From a virus (Duplodnaviria > Caudoviricetes): a DNA stretch of 48,548 bases. A program made the position numbers and the translations under genes. Of the stretch, positions 27,246-36,173 are shown in pieces (positions within the stretch are counted from its first letter, which is position 1; the number at the start of each line of letters is the position of its first letter). The notes under the pieces were generated by a model. It ran no database searches. It was not told where the DNA came from and was given only the letters and a program-made list of their open reading frames with translations. Where the stretch lies: the IMG/VR virus record IMGVR_UViG_3300037762_000204, positions 1-48,548 of that record; one strand, given 5' to 3'.

Positions 27246-27755
27246 ATGAGTAGAGAGTTGATTCCGCAGCTGTGCGCATGCGGATGTGGGGAATACGCGG
27301 CCGTCGACAAGCAGCGGAACCGCGTGAGCAAGTACCGAGCCGGTCACAACGCCCGCACAGCCCACCCGATGAAGGGCAAGCACCACACCGAAGAGACGCG
27401 CGCCAGGCTCGCCACGTACAAGGGCGAGAAAGCGTCGTCCTACAAACACGGCTGGTCCAACACCCCGACGTACAAGGTGTGGTCCTCCATGCACGGCCGA
27501 TGCAGCGACCACAGAAACGCCTCGTACCCCAGCTACGGCGGCCGGGGCATAACCGTCTGCGAGCGCTGGGCGACCTTCGAGAACTTCCTTGAGGACGTGG
27601 GTGAACGCCCGAGCATGGACCACCAGATCGACCGCCGCGACCCGGACGGCCACTACGAGCCGAGCAACTGCCGGTGGATCACCCGGGCAGAGAACAACGC
27701 GCGCAGGAAGGACCCCGGCGGCTGGATTGCTCGGAGAGCTAAGCAGCAGGGCTGA
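27246..27755 (+). CDS. HNH homing endonuclease with a NUMOD3-like motif (antisense insertion)
   Basis: CACGCG, GKHHTEETRARL, W.SM..RC...YGGRGITVCERW..FENF..D.GERP...IDRRD..G.YEPSNCRW; TAAGCT sits 7 nt upstream. Confidence 0.9.
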   Translation: MSRELIPQLCACGCGEYAAVDKQRNRVSKYRAGHNARTAHPMKGKHHTEETRARLATYKGEKASSYKHGWSNTPTYKVWSSMHGRCSDHRNASYPSYGGRGITVCERWATFENFLEDVGERPSMDHQIDRRDPDGHYEPSNCRWITRAENNARRKDPGGWIARRAKQQG

Positions 27756-27775
27756 CCACTAAGCGGAAACCAGTA

Positions 27776-27803
27776 GGGCCGGGCGGCGATGAACGCCCGG
27801 CCC
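27776..27803. terminator. Hairpin after the HNH gene
   Basis: GGGCCGGGCG...CGCCCGGCCC. Confidence 0.6.
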
Positions 27804-27810
27804 GATCCCG

Positions 27811-28242
27811 TCAGCCCCTCTGCTGCTGCTCCGCTAGTCGGAGTTGGTGCTCGCCGAAATCTTCTTGCCAGTCCGCTGCCCGCTGGTGGCGTCGGACTGG
27901 GCCGCTGTGTGCGCGCCAGTCGCCGCGCTGTACCGCGTACAGCTCGGGCCGGGTCTTGTGGTCGGCGAAGCATCGCTGTCCGCTGTCGAAGAGGAACACG
28001 GTCAGGCCCGCGCCCGTGCGCTGCTCCCGGAATGTCCTGCCGGACCGCTGCCGGATGTACGCGGCCTGGGACTTGCCGAGTGGTGTGGTCTCGTCGAGGA
28101 CGGAGTGCCAGCCCAGCCGCCACTGTTCGCAGCCGACTTGCTCGCATGCTGCTTTCACCGCCCGGTCTGGTGGGGAGGTGATGCTGTATGTCTGGTAGTC
28201 GCCCGGTTTGCCGTTTGGGGTGATTCTTGTTATGGGTCGCAT
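27811..28242 (-). CDS. Hypothetical tail-region protein (Cys/His)
   Basis: MRPITRITP...CEQVGC...GQRCFADH; coupled to the upstream stop. Confidence 0.7.
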   Translation of the reverse strand: MRPITRITPNGKPGDYQTYSITSPPDRAVKAACEQVGCEQWRLGWHSVLDETTPLGKSQAAYIRQRSGRTFREQRTGAGLTVFLFDSGQRCFADHKTRPELYAVQRGDWRAHSGPVRRHQRAADWQEDFGEHQLRLAEQQQRG

Positions 28243-29624
28243 CAGAACACCGTCGCGGTGATGTTGGCTGTGACGGTGACGGCGAAGGAGAGTTCGGTGA
28301 AGCCGCCGGTGGTGGTGGTCACGACCCGTAGGTAGCGTTCGATTTCCAGGGTGCTGCTGGTGGCGATGCGCTCCGATGTGGGTGCTGTGGTGACCTGTGT
28401 GAATGCGCCGCCCGTGACGTCTGCGTATGTGTCGGTGGCGTCGTCGTCGGAGGACGACTGGAGTTTGATCGTCACGTCTGTGCCGGTGAAGCCGATCACC
28501 TGCAGGTACGCCTGCAGGCCGTACACCGTGTGGCTGGACAGGTACGCGGTTCCTTGCACCGTCCACGTCAGGGGTGTCGCGTCCGTGATCGACGTGGTCG
28601 ACGCGATCGGCGACGCGACCGCCGTCCCACCGATCCCGGACAGGACCTGCGCGCGGAAGATTTTTCCCGTGAGCAGGTTCACTGTCCCCGCGGTCTGCGA
28701 CCCGAGTTCCAGTACCGCTGTCGACGCGAAGATGCTGGTGGTGGAGCCGTTGAGTTGCGCGGCGCCGAGCGCGGTCCACGTCGACCCGTCTTCGCTGGTG
28801 TAGAAGGTGACGGTCGCGTCGGCGGCGCCGTTGTCGACGTCGAGCGTGGCCCGCACCCAGTGCGTCGACCCGTTGGTGAAAGTGTTGACGGCGCTTGATG
28901 TCTCGGACTTCTCGGCGATGCCGTCTTCCGACCAGCGGAGGATCAGCGCGCCCGTCGCGGTGACTGCCAGCGCGTACGAGCGCTGATCGCCGGTCGCCGT
29001 GTACTTCGCGATCAGCGTCGACTCGGCGGCCGGAGTCCAGTCGGTCATGGCGACACGGACCCGCAGGTCGATGTCCCCGACGATGTCAAGGCTTGCCGCG
29101 TCCGGGGTCGAGGCGTAGTTCCCGGAGGTGCCGTCGAGGAGGAGGAAGTCCTCGCCGTCGTAGCCGAATGCGACGCCGGTGCCGCTGGCTGCCCCGGTGT
29201 CGGTGCGGATCCCGGCGGTTACCTGCTTGCCCCACTCCAGCCCGTAGGCGTTGGACTGGGCCTCGACAGCGAAGCTGAATGAGCCGTCGTCGCCGCGGGT
29301 CCCGTCGTAGTTGAGCTGCTTCGCGACGACGTTCGCCGCTGGGTTGCCCAGGGTCGTGCCGCGGCAGTAGGTGGCGATGACGTCCGTGGTCGGCAGTGTG
29401 GAGAGCCGGTCGTGCGCCTGGTCGGCGGCCGGGTTGAACCAGGCGGACCAGGACATGCCGCCGGTTCTGAGGCCGCCGATCCGCTCGAACGCGCTCTTGT
29501 CGATGCCGGTGACCTCAAGCGCGGCCGGGCCGCCTGTGGTGCTGATGCTGCCGATATCACCGGACAGGTCATAGCCGGACAAATAGAATGCATCCCCGAG
29601 ACCCGACTGCTTCAAAGGATTCAC
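28242..29624 (-). CDS. Major tail (tube) protein with an inserted LamG-like domain
   Basis: KQSGLG...VTGIDKSAFERIGG...RGDDGSFSF, followed by NYASTPDAASLDIVGDIDLRVRV... (LamG-like). Confidence 0.75.
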   Translation of the reverse strand: MNPLKQSGLGDAFYLSGYDLSGDIGSISTTGGPAALEVTGIDKSAFERIGGLRTGGMSWSAWFNPAADQAHDRLSTLPTTDVIATYCRGTTLGNPAANVVAKQLNYDGTRGDDGSFSFAVEAQSNAYGLEWGKQVTAGIRTDTGAASGTGVAFGYDGEDFLLLDGTSGNYASTPDAASLDIVGDIDLRVRVAMTDWTPAAESTLIAKYTATGDQRSYALAVTATGALILRWSEDGIAEKSETSSAVNTFTNGSTHWVRATLDVDNGAADATVTFYTSEDGSTWTALGAAQLNGSTTSIFASTAVLELGSQTAGTVNLLTGKIFRAQVLSGIGGTAVASPIASTTSITDATPLTWTVQGTAYLSSHTVYGLQAYLQVIGFTGTDVTIKLQSSSDDDATDTYADVTGGAFTQVTTAPTSERIATSSTLEIERYLRVVTTTTGGFTELSFAVTVTANITATVF

Positions 29625-29687
29625 ATCCCTTCTCTGGCCGCCGAGTTGGATTTAGGACTAGGCGACGACTTATACCAAGGATCTTGC

Positions 29688-29721
29688 GCGCAGGCCCCGT
29701 CCTTCAGGGCGGGGCCTGCGC
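29688..29721. mobile_element. IS200/IS605 end-like or terminator hairpin
   Basis: GCGCAGGCCCCGTCC-TTCA-GGGCGGGGCCTGCGC. Confidence 0.45.
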
Positions 29722-29733
29722 CCTTTACGCATG

Positions 29734-30189
29734 TCACGGCGCTTCAGCCCACAAGTCGTTGATCACGCAGGGCAGGGTGATCGTCAGGACCCGTAGCAGC
29801 AGCCCGTCCTGCTCGATGTATCCGGCCCGCGCATCCAGGGCCTGACCGTGCGTCCCGAAGACGTCGACCTGCCGGACCAGGCCACCGAGGGTGAAATCAC
29901 CGACGTAGGCCCGCATCAGCGCATCGCAGGCGGCGACCATGTTCGGGTCGATCGCGTCGGCCGGTTCCTGCGTCATCGACGTGTACAGCCGCACGTTGAA
30001 GACCAGTCGCGCTGTCGCTGATGCCAGGCCGGAGGAGCGGATCGCGTCGATACGGTCCACCCACACCGCCGCAGTGAGCCCGTAGCCGGGAGCGTTCTGC
30101 GGCTCGTGAGTCCCGACCCGGTCGAAGTAGCCGGAGGCCATGGCGTGCGAGGCGACGGCATCCGTGATGCCGTTGATGTCGAGGGCCAC
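29734..30189 (-). CDS. Tail terminator-like protein
   Basis: Position upstream of the tail tube gene; DFTLGGLV; 151 aa. Confidence 0.7.
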   Translation of the reverse strand: MALDINGITDAVASHAMASGYFDRVGTHEPQNAPGYGLTAAVWVDRIDAIRSSGLASATARLVFNVRLYTSMTQEPADAIDPNMVAACDALMRAYVGDFTLGGLVRQVDVFGTHGQALDARAGYIEQDGLLLRVLTITLPCVINDLWAEAP

Positions 30190-30192
30190 GGG

Positions 30193-30579
30193 TCAGCCAC
30201 CCATCTCTGGCAGGCGACGCTGCACGGCACGGTCGGCGATGACGGGGCCGCGGGCTGCGACGAGCTGCTTCGCCTCCCGCCAGTGGCTGTACCCCCGGAA
30301 GCGGGTCACCGGATAGTTCCGGGAGCCGACCCCGGCTAGCCAGGGACCGTAGATGACGCCCTGGTCGTGCACGCGCGAGGTGTCGCCCGTGACGCGAGTC
30401 GTCGTGACCCGGGACTCGTAGTAGCCCGTGGGGTGCTGGAAGTACTGGCCCATGCGGGCGAGGGCGACTTCTTCGCCGAACTCGGCTATCTGTTCGCGGG
30501 CGTCGTCCGCCGCGTCCTGCATGGCGCGCGCTGCCCGGCCGTCGAACAGCGGGCCGCTCATGACAATGTCGATGCCCAC
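30193..30579 (-). CDS. Neck protein (HK97 gp10-like)
   Basis: HPTGYYES...VIYGPWLAG.GSRN...RFRGY. Confidence 0.7.
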   Translation of the reverse strand: MGIDIVMSGPLFDGRAARAMQDAADDAREQIAEFGEEVALARMGQYFQHPTGYYESRVTTTRVTGDTSRVHDQGVIYGPWLAGVGSRNYPVTRFRGYSHWREAKQLVAARGPVIADRAVQRRLPEMGG

Positions 30580-30581
30580 GG

Positions 30582-31649
30582 CTACACCCCTCGAATGCGA
30601 CCTTTGCGGCCGTGGCTGGTGTAGACGGACTGGCGTATCTCCCGCATGCCGCGCCCGTACATTTCCCTCGTGTTCTCGCCCGAGCCGACCGTACGGGCGT
30701 ACCCGGACTGGCCCTGCAGCAGGGTGGTCAATGCCTCGGCGATCGTCAGCTCCCGCACCGGGGCGGGCGGGTCCCACCGGTAGATGTCGTCCCCTGCGGC
30801 CATCGTGGCGGCGGTGGTGCCCAGCGCCCCGCGGGTCACGGTGAGGGTACGGGGTGCGTAGATGTCTGCATTGGCCGCGTGCGTGGCCAGCACAGTGCCG
30901 TCCCATGCGCGTTTCACGGTCAGCACCGCCCCGGCCTTGTCGACGACCAGCATCCGCTCGGAGTCGATGAGGATGGTCTCGCCGATGGTGGGTGCGCCGG
31001 TGGTGGTGGACATGGTGATGCCTACGTCCGCGGCCGAGGCGGTGAGGGAGTCGGCGGCGTCGATGTTCACGCCGGTGTCCTTCATCGTCTTCTCGGTGAC
31101 GAGCAATCGCTCAGTGCCGATGCGGAGGATGCTGCCGACTCCGATACCCGTGCTGTCGGTGACGTCGAGGTCGGTCTCCGTTGCGGTCATCGTCTCGTCG
31201 ACGTCGGCCACAAGGGTTTCGTCGTTGGCGAAACCCCAGAGGCCGGTGATGGTGATGTCCCGCTGGTGGGTGTCACCACCGCCGAACGCGGCCGAGCTGT
31301 CGAGGTCAACCTCCAGCCGGTTGTACGGCGGGCCGGTCGTGTTCGGCTCAAGGAAGAAGTCTGCTGCGGCGATCGTCGTCCCGCCGGATGACAGGGTGGT
31401 GACCGAGATCAGCTCGTTGTCGTCGAGCCACAACCGCCACGGCCTGGCCCGCTGAGCATTGGGCCAGTTGAAATAGCGGGTCGCGGTCTGGGGGTAGAAC
31501 CGGCGGTGCAGCAGGCCCTCGACTGTGCGGGACGCCGCTTCGATGGCCCGGTCGATACGGCCGTTCGCCCGCGCGGACTCCTTGAAGTCGAGGGCTTCCT
31601 TGACGTCCTCACGGGTGGCATATGTTGGGCTGCTGATGGCCACCGGCAC
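30582..31649 (-). CDS. Head-tail adaptor with inserted beta domains
   Basis: YATREDVKEAL...AIEAASR.VE....RRFYP...ITGLWG. Confidence 0.75.
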   Translation of the reverse strand: MPVAISSPTYATREDVKEALDFKESARANGRIDRAIEAASRTVEGLLHRRFYPQTATRYFNWPNAQRARPWRLWLDDNELISVTTLSSGGTTIAAADFFLEPNTTGPPYNRLEVDLDSSAAFGGGDTHQRDITITGLWGFANDETLVADVDETMTATETDLDVTDSTGIGVGSILRIGTERLLVTEKTMKDTGVNIDAADSLTASAADVGITMSTTTGAPTIGETILIDSERMLVVDKAGAVLTVKRAWDGTVLATHAANADIYAPRTLTVTRGALGTTAATMAAGDDIYRWDPPAPVRELTIAEALTTLLQGQSGYARTVGSGENTREMYGRGMREIRQSVYTSHGRKGRIRGV

Positions 31650-31679
31650 CCCCTTATTCAGTTGTCCGCCGCGCCGGTC

Positions 31680-32207
31680 TTACTCGCCGTCAGTCTCCGA
31701 TGTACCGGTCTCCGGGACGCCAGCCGTCCCACTTGCAGTAGAGCTCTCCGTCCGGCCCTTCGCGGAGCGGTTCCCCGTCCTGCGGGCACGCGACTGGGTC
31801 GCGGGTTTGCTCGGCTCGGAGGTCGTCGGCTGCTTCGGCGTAGATGCTGATGAGCTGCTCCCAGGCGATGACGACTCGCCTCCCTCCTCTCCTAGGCGGG
31901 CCAGGCTCTCGGAGAGGTCCGGCCCGATGAGGCCGCCGGTGGCGCCGTGCGGCAGTGGATCATCCCCGGCGAGGACGGCTTCGCGCACCTCATCGGCCTG
32001 CTTCACGGTGAGCGGTTCCTCGGTCTGCACGACGGCGGCCGGTACGGGCAGCGTCTTGTCCGAGGCCCCGCCATGCTTGGTGGTCTTCGCCATGGGGTCT
32101 CCGTCCTCGTGGAATTCCGTGTTGTGACAGCGTGGGCAGCGGAACAAGCCGACCGCATACTTCGTGCCGCACCCGCCCGCTCCCGCGCACACCCACAGCG
32201 CCATCAC
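31680..32207 (-). CDS. Hypothetical protein (Zn ribbon plus disordered tail)
   Basis: C..GGCGTKYAVG..RCPRC. Confidence 0.6.
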   Translation of the reverse strand: MMALWVCAGAGGCGTKYAVGLFRCPRCHNTEFHEDGDPMAKTTKHGGASDKTLPVPAAVVQTEEPLTVKQADEVREAVLAGDDPLPHGATGGLIGPDLSESLARLGEEGGESSSPGSSSSASTPKQPTTSEPSKPATQSRARRTGNRSAKGRTESSTASGTAGVPETGTSETDGE

Positions 32208-32626
32208 AGGATTCCCGGTGCCACGAAGATGTTGATCGTTCCCTGTTTGGCGTTGCCCGCCGCAGCCACCACCGGCTCATACAGGCCGCCTTGCAGCCAC
32301 ATCCGCACAAACGTCGACGACGCTCCGCCGACGAACGGAACCTTGTGCGACGACGCTGTCGCCGACAAATTCGCGCCGATGCTCGCGCCCGCCCCGTCGT
32401 CGAAGGCGTTGACGCCCTCCGCATCGAGCATCGTCACGTCATACGCAGCGGTCGGAGCTGCTACCGCCGATGGGGTGAACTCGACGCTAGCGATCGACCC
32501 CGGGCCCATCGTGAACGTGTTGCCGTTAACGTCACCGGATGCGTCGGAGGTCCAGGCGATGGAGTACTGGCGCACCCCACCGCTACTCGCGACTTTTGAC
32601 GTCGTCACGGTGATTGATCCAGCCAT
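32204..32626 (-). CDS. Virion structural protein
   Basis: Beta-rich 140 aa in the head operon. Confidence 0.65.
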   Translation of the reverse strand: MAGSITVTTSKVASSGGVRQYSIAWTSDASGDVNGNTFTMGPGSIASVEFTPSAVAAPTAAYDVTMLDAEGVNAFDDGAGASIGANLSATASSHKVPFVGGASSTFVRMWLQGGLYEPVVAAAGNAKQGTINIFVAPGIL

Positions 32627-32651
32627 TAGCTACACCGCCTCAAGGGATTCA

Positions 32652-33308
32652 TCAGGCAGGCTCCACGATCATCCAGCCGACAGTGGATGTGTCCGTACCC
32701 GATGAGCTGGTGATCACGAATGATGTGGCCGCCGTCCGATCGGACACCCGCAGCCAGCCCGGGGTGCCACCGTCGACCTGCGACGTGAGGAAAATCCGGG
32801 AACTCGCCGTCACCTGGGTGGTGGCCACGGTCACTGTCCCGCCGGTAAGGGCAGACGCACCCATGCGGGCATTGGCGCCTTCCTTGAGATTCAGGCCACC
32901 GCCCGCCACATCACAGTGCAGATCACCCTCAGTGACGAAAGTGTTGACGGTGTGCAAGCGCGAGGACCCGTCGCGGGCGAGGTTCACATCGACCGCGCCC
33001 GAACCCGGCCCCCACTCCAACTGCCCGTTCGCATTGATCACGAACTGGGCGACCGTATCTCCCGTCACTCGGGAAGTGAGTACGTCCGTACCCGACGCGG
33101 CGCCCTCCAGCGTCCACGCCCCGGTCAGGCGCAGCACACCAGCCGAATCCCGGGACAGGGCCGCATCGGGCAGGCTCCCGGCGCCATCCGTGAACTCGAT
33201 CCTCCCGTCGCGTACGAGGAGAAACTTGCCCCGCAGGAGCGGTTCCTGCTGCTGGTTCTGCTCGACACCGCTGATGGTCCCGCCGCGTCCGCGAGTGGTC
33301 TTCGGCAT
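32652..33308 (-). CDS. Fibre-like structural protein
   Basis: GQLEWGPGSGAVDVNLAR...KEGANARMG...VTASSRIFLT...GTDTSTVGW. Confidence 0.65.
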   Translation of the reverse strand: MPKTTRGRGGTISGVEQNQQQEPLLRGKFLLVRDGRIEFTDGAGSLPDAALSRDSAGVLRLTGAWTLEGAASGTDVLTSRVTGDTVAQFVINANGQLEWGPGSGAVDVNLARDGSSRLHTVNTFVTEGDLHCDVAGGGLNLKEGANARMGASALTGGTVTVATTQVTASSRIFLTSQVDGGTPGWLRVSDRTAATSFVITSSSGTDTSTVGWMIVEPA

Positions 33309-33517
33309 CAGTTCAACCCCACCATCGGCCAGCCCGCGACCATGAGCATCGCGTAGCCACACGACGCGCACAGCAGCAGGTTCGGGAGCTCGACGACGCC
33401 AGGCGCGGCCTCCCGCAACTGCACCGTCTTGCGCTGCCCGGCTGCCGGGCAGGATGGAGTGCCTGCGCTGCCCGCGCCTACGCACTCCACCTCAACAGCG
33501 GCTATCTCGGCGGCCAT
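33308..33517 (-). CDS. Small Cys-rich protein
   Basis: 69 aa, coupled at both ends. Confidence 0.55.
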   Translation of the reverse strand: MAAEIAAVEVECVGAGSAGTPSCPAAGQRKTVQLREAAPGVVELPNLLLCASCGYAMLMVAGWPMVGLN

Positions 33518-33978
33518 CAGGCAGCCGCTAGCGTCGCGCCGTCATCGAGGGGAATCCAGAACACGACCCAGGTGATCTCGCCGTCCGTGCCCGCGGACAC
33601 CGACTCGATCTGGCCCACCGGAATCGGCACGATGCCCGTCAGGGACACCGTGGACACCGTGGTGTTCGTGCCGCCGGTGATCGCCGCCGCCGGGCTCGTC
33701 ATCGACAGCACAGCCCCGGCCGGAGTGTCGGTCGTCCCCAGATCGGTTGCGGTGCACAGGTCCATGGTCGTGCCGGTCGTCGGGTTCGACACCAACTTGT
33801 AGGAGTTAGCCACCGTGATGGCGGTGCCAACGAAGCCGTAGATCGCCGTGATGCCGACCCGGCCACCCGCCACGGTGAACAGGGCAACAGTCGTTGCAGC
33901 CAGGGTGCCGGTGCTCTTCGAGGCGCGCTGGCCGAGGTTGATGAGGCGGAGCTGGTCCGCGTGGATGAGAACGCTCAT
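33517..33978 (-). CDS. Capsid decoration/cement-like protein
   Basis: Thr-rich, ends WIPLDDGATLAAA, downstream of the capsid gene. Confidence 0.65.
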   Translation of the reverse strand: MSVLIHADQLRLINLGQRASKSTGTLAATTVALFTVAGGRVGITAIYGFVGTAITVANSYKLVSNPTTGTTMDLCTATDLGTTDTPAGAVLSMTSPAAAITGGTNTTVSTVSLTGIVPIPVGQIESVSAGTDGEITWVVFWIPLDDGATLAAA

Positions 33979-33993
33979 GGCTCAGGACTCCGA

Positions 33994-34500
33994 TCAGGTC
34001 AGCAGTGCGGCGAGGTTGTGCGGGGCCCGCTGAACGCCCAGGTCTCGGACGAACGCCAGGACCGTGAGGGTCTTGTCCCCGGTGCCGAGGTCCGGGACGT
34101 TCACCGACAGCCACTCGTAGCCGTCAGACAGCTGCGTCGACTCGACCTCGAACACCAAGATGTTCTGCTCGATGTCCGTCTCCGCCGCCGCCGCGACCGC
34201 GATCTCAGACGCCGCGCTTTGCTCGACGTGAGTCCACGTCTCCGAGTTGTCCACCGCAACGGCCGACTTGTACCAGTAGTCGGTGATGACTTCGAGGTCT
34301 TGGGCCGTGCCGCCCGAGGAGGCGTTGGCCTCCTGCAGGTCGACCTGGATGTCGTCGCCGCCGGTGGCGACGCCGCCGACGAAGACGAAGGTGACGCCAG
34401 CGGCGTTCTTCATGTGGATGCGCTTGCCGGTCACGGCGCCGTTGGTGGCTGCGGGGGGTGCGATGAGTCCGATGTCGAACAGTCGGCCGAGGGCCTGCAT
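33994..34500 (-). CDS. Capsid decoration-like protein
   Basis: Immediately downstream of the major capsid gene; acidic beta protein. Confidence 0.65.
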   Translation of the reverse strand: MQALGRLFDIGLIAPPAATNGAVTGKRIHMKNAAGVTFVFVGGVATGGDDIQVDLQEANASSGGTAQDLEVITDYWYKSAVAVDNSETWTHVEQSAASEIAVAAAAETDIEQNILVFEVESTQLSDGYEWLSVNVPDLGTGDKTLTVLAFVRDLGVQRAPHNLAALLT

Positions 34501-34590
34501 GGGGTTGCCTTCCGGGAGGGGTTTGAGTGCCTCTTGGGATCAGGCCCCGGCCGGGGTGTTACTGCCGACCGGGACTGGCGTTGGAAACGC

Positions 34591-34615
34591 GAAAACCCCC
34601 GCCGAAGGCGAGGGC
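34591..34615 (-). terminator. Intrinsic terminator after the major capsid gene
   Basis: CCCTCGCC-TTCG-GCGGGGG-TTTT. Confidence 0.7.
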
Positions 34616-34634
34616 ATTGGATTCTTGATCTTCG

Positions 34635-36173
34635 TCAGGCGCGGGCCGCAAGCTGGACGAACGGCGAGAGTGTGGCCCCGTTATTCTGCGGCGTAACCGC
34701 GGACTGCAGCCACGGGCGGCCGTCGACGCGCTGAATGATCCGGTACGCCGTCTGGTCATTCTGGAACTTGAAGTGCGGGCTGCTCATCGCACTCATGACC
34801 TGCCGGTCGCCGATCAGGTAGAACCCGAAGTCCACGAAGCTGATGTCGCCGAGGTCGCCGAGCAGACCGGGGGCCTTCTCAGTGACGATGACGGGCCGTC
34901 CGAGGATCGTCATCGGCGGCCCCGCCACGCCATTGTTGAGCCAGATCGCGGAGCCGCCCGTGCCCACGGACAGGGCCATGGTGGCCAGCTCCGGGAAGGT
35001 ATCCGGGCTCACGACCCACACCGCCCGATCCAGGGAGCCGGGAAGCATGCGGGAGTACATCTTGACGATGTTCTCCCACACGATGGTGTCCGCCGCCTGA
35101 CCGGTCTCCTTGGCGACGGAGATGACCGCCGTGTTGCCGGATGCGAGCGCGCCGAGGGGCTCGCCGACACCGGAGCCCTTGAGGAAAGCGATGTCCTCGT
35201 AGAAGTTGAGGGCCTCGGGGAAGATCTGGTCGAGGAACGCCTGGAAGCTGATCGCGCTGTCGCTGATGAGCTCGTTGGGGACCTCGGTGTACGCGGTCAG
35301 CTTCTTCGCGTCCAGCACGATGCGGGAGAACGACGCCTGCGACGCGGTGAGCGCCGCACCCTCCTCAGTCCAGTAGCCGACCACACCGCCATACACCGAG
35401 CTGACGTTGCTGGTGGAGTCGATCGCCGGGAACGGCACCCGCAGGGTTTCCATCGGGATGACGCGGGCGCGCTGCCGGACGACGCTCATCTCCAGCGCCA
35501 CGGAGAGCAGCTCGCTACGCAGCACCTCGGGGATGAGGAATCCGCCCTCGCTGGGGACGGTGCTGGAGAAGGCGTTGCGGACCCTCGTGAGCTTCGCCTG
35601 CATGTCCGCGGTGCGGTTGGCGTTGTGCCAGATCGTCTGGAAGTACTCCGCGCTGTTCTTGAACTCGCGGTCCAGTACGGCGCCCATGGCGCGTGGATTG
35701 TGCAGGTGGTTGCGGGCGTTGCCAGTCTGGGCGACCGCGCGCGGGGTGAGGTCGATCCGGTCGACGCCCTCGGGCTGGTTCTCCCGCAGCCAGTTCGCGA
35801 GGACCTGCTCCGTCTGCTCCTTGACCTGCGTCGCAATGCTGAGGTCGCGGGCGTGGGTGTTGCGGGCGTAGTTGGTGATGAACTCGCCGAACGCCTCGGG
35901 CTGGGCGAAGACGCGCTGCATCTTCGCCGCGTCGCCGAGCATCTCCTCCAGCCCCGCCTGGCTGGTGGGGATGGTCATGCGCTCGGGGTCGATGGCGCCC
36001 GCCGGGGCGGCCGGGTTCGCGGCCCGGTTGAAGACCTTCCCAACCATCCGCGGGTCGATCCCGGCCCGGGCGATCATCCGCTGACGCAGGTGGGACACGA
36101 CATCGTCGCGCTGCCCCCGGACAGTACGGGACACCACAGCCTCGCGCTGCCCCCGGATCATGGTCATAGTCAC
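34635..36173 (-). CDS. Major capsid protein (HK97 fold)
   Basis: SEGGFLIPE, WTEEG, KKLTAY..V.NELI.DS, G.G.GEPLG, ILGRPV, RVDGRP. Confidence 0.95.
   Translation of the reverse strand: MTMTMIRGQREAVVSRTVRGQRDDVVSHLRQRMIARAGIDPRMVGKVFNRAANPAAPAGAIDPERMTIPTSQAGLEEMLGDAAKMQRVFAQPEAFGEFITNYARNTHARDLSIATQVKEQTEQVLANWLRENQPEGVDRIDLTPRAVAQTGNARNHLHNPRAMGAVLDREFKNSAEYFQTIWHNANRTADMQAKLTRVRNAFSSTVPSEGGFLIPEVLRSELLSVALEMSVVRQRARVIPMETLRVPFPAIDSTSNVSSVYGGVVGYWTEEGAALTASQASFSRIVLDAKKLTAYTEVPNELISDSAISFQAFLDQIFPEALNFYEDIAFLKGSGVGEPLGALASGNTAVISVAKETGQAADTIVWENIVKMYSRMLPGSLDRAVWVVSPDTFPELATMALSVGTGGSAIWLNNGVAGPPMTILGRPVIVTEKAPGLLGDLGDISFVDFGFYLIGDRQVMSAMSSPHFKFQNDQTAYRIIQRVDGRPWLQSAVTPQNNGATLSPFVQLAARA

Noticed and set aside
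27172-27810. Group I intron carrying the HNH and interrupting the tail-tube gene
   Set aside because: The HNH is antisense with its own promoter and terminator, the non-coding flanks are too short for a ribozyme, and the upstream gene ends normally.
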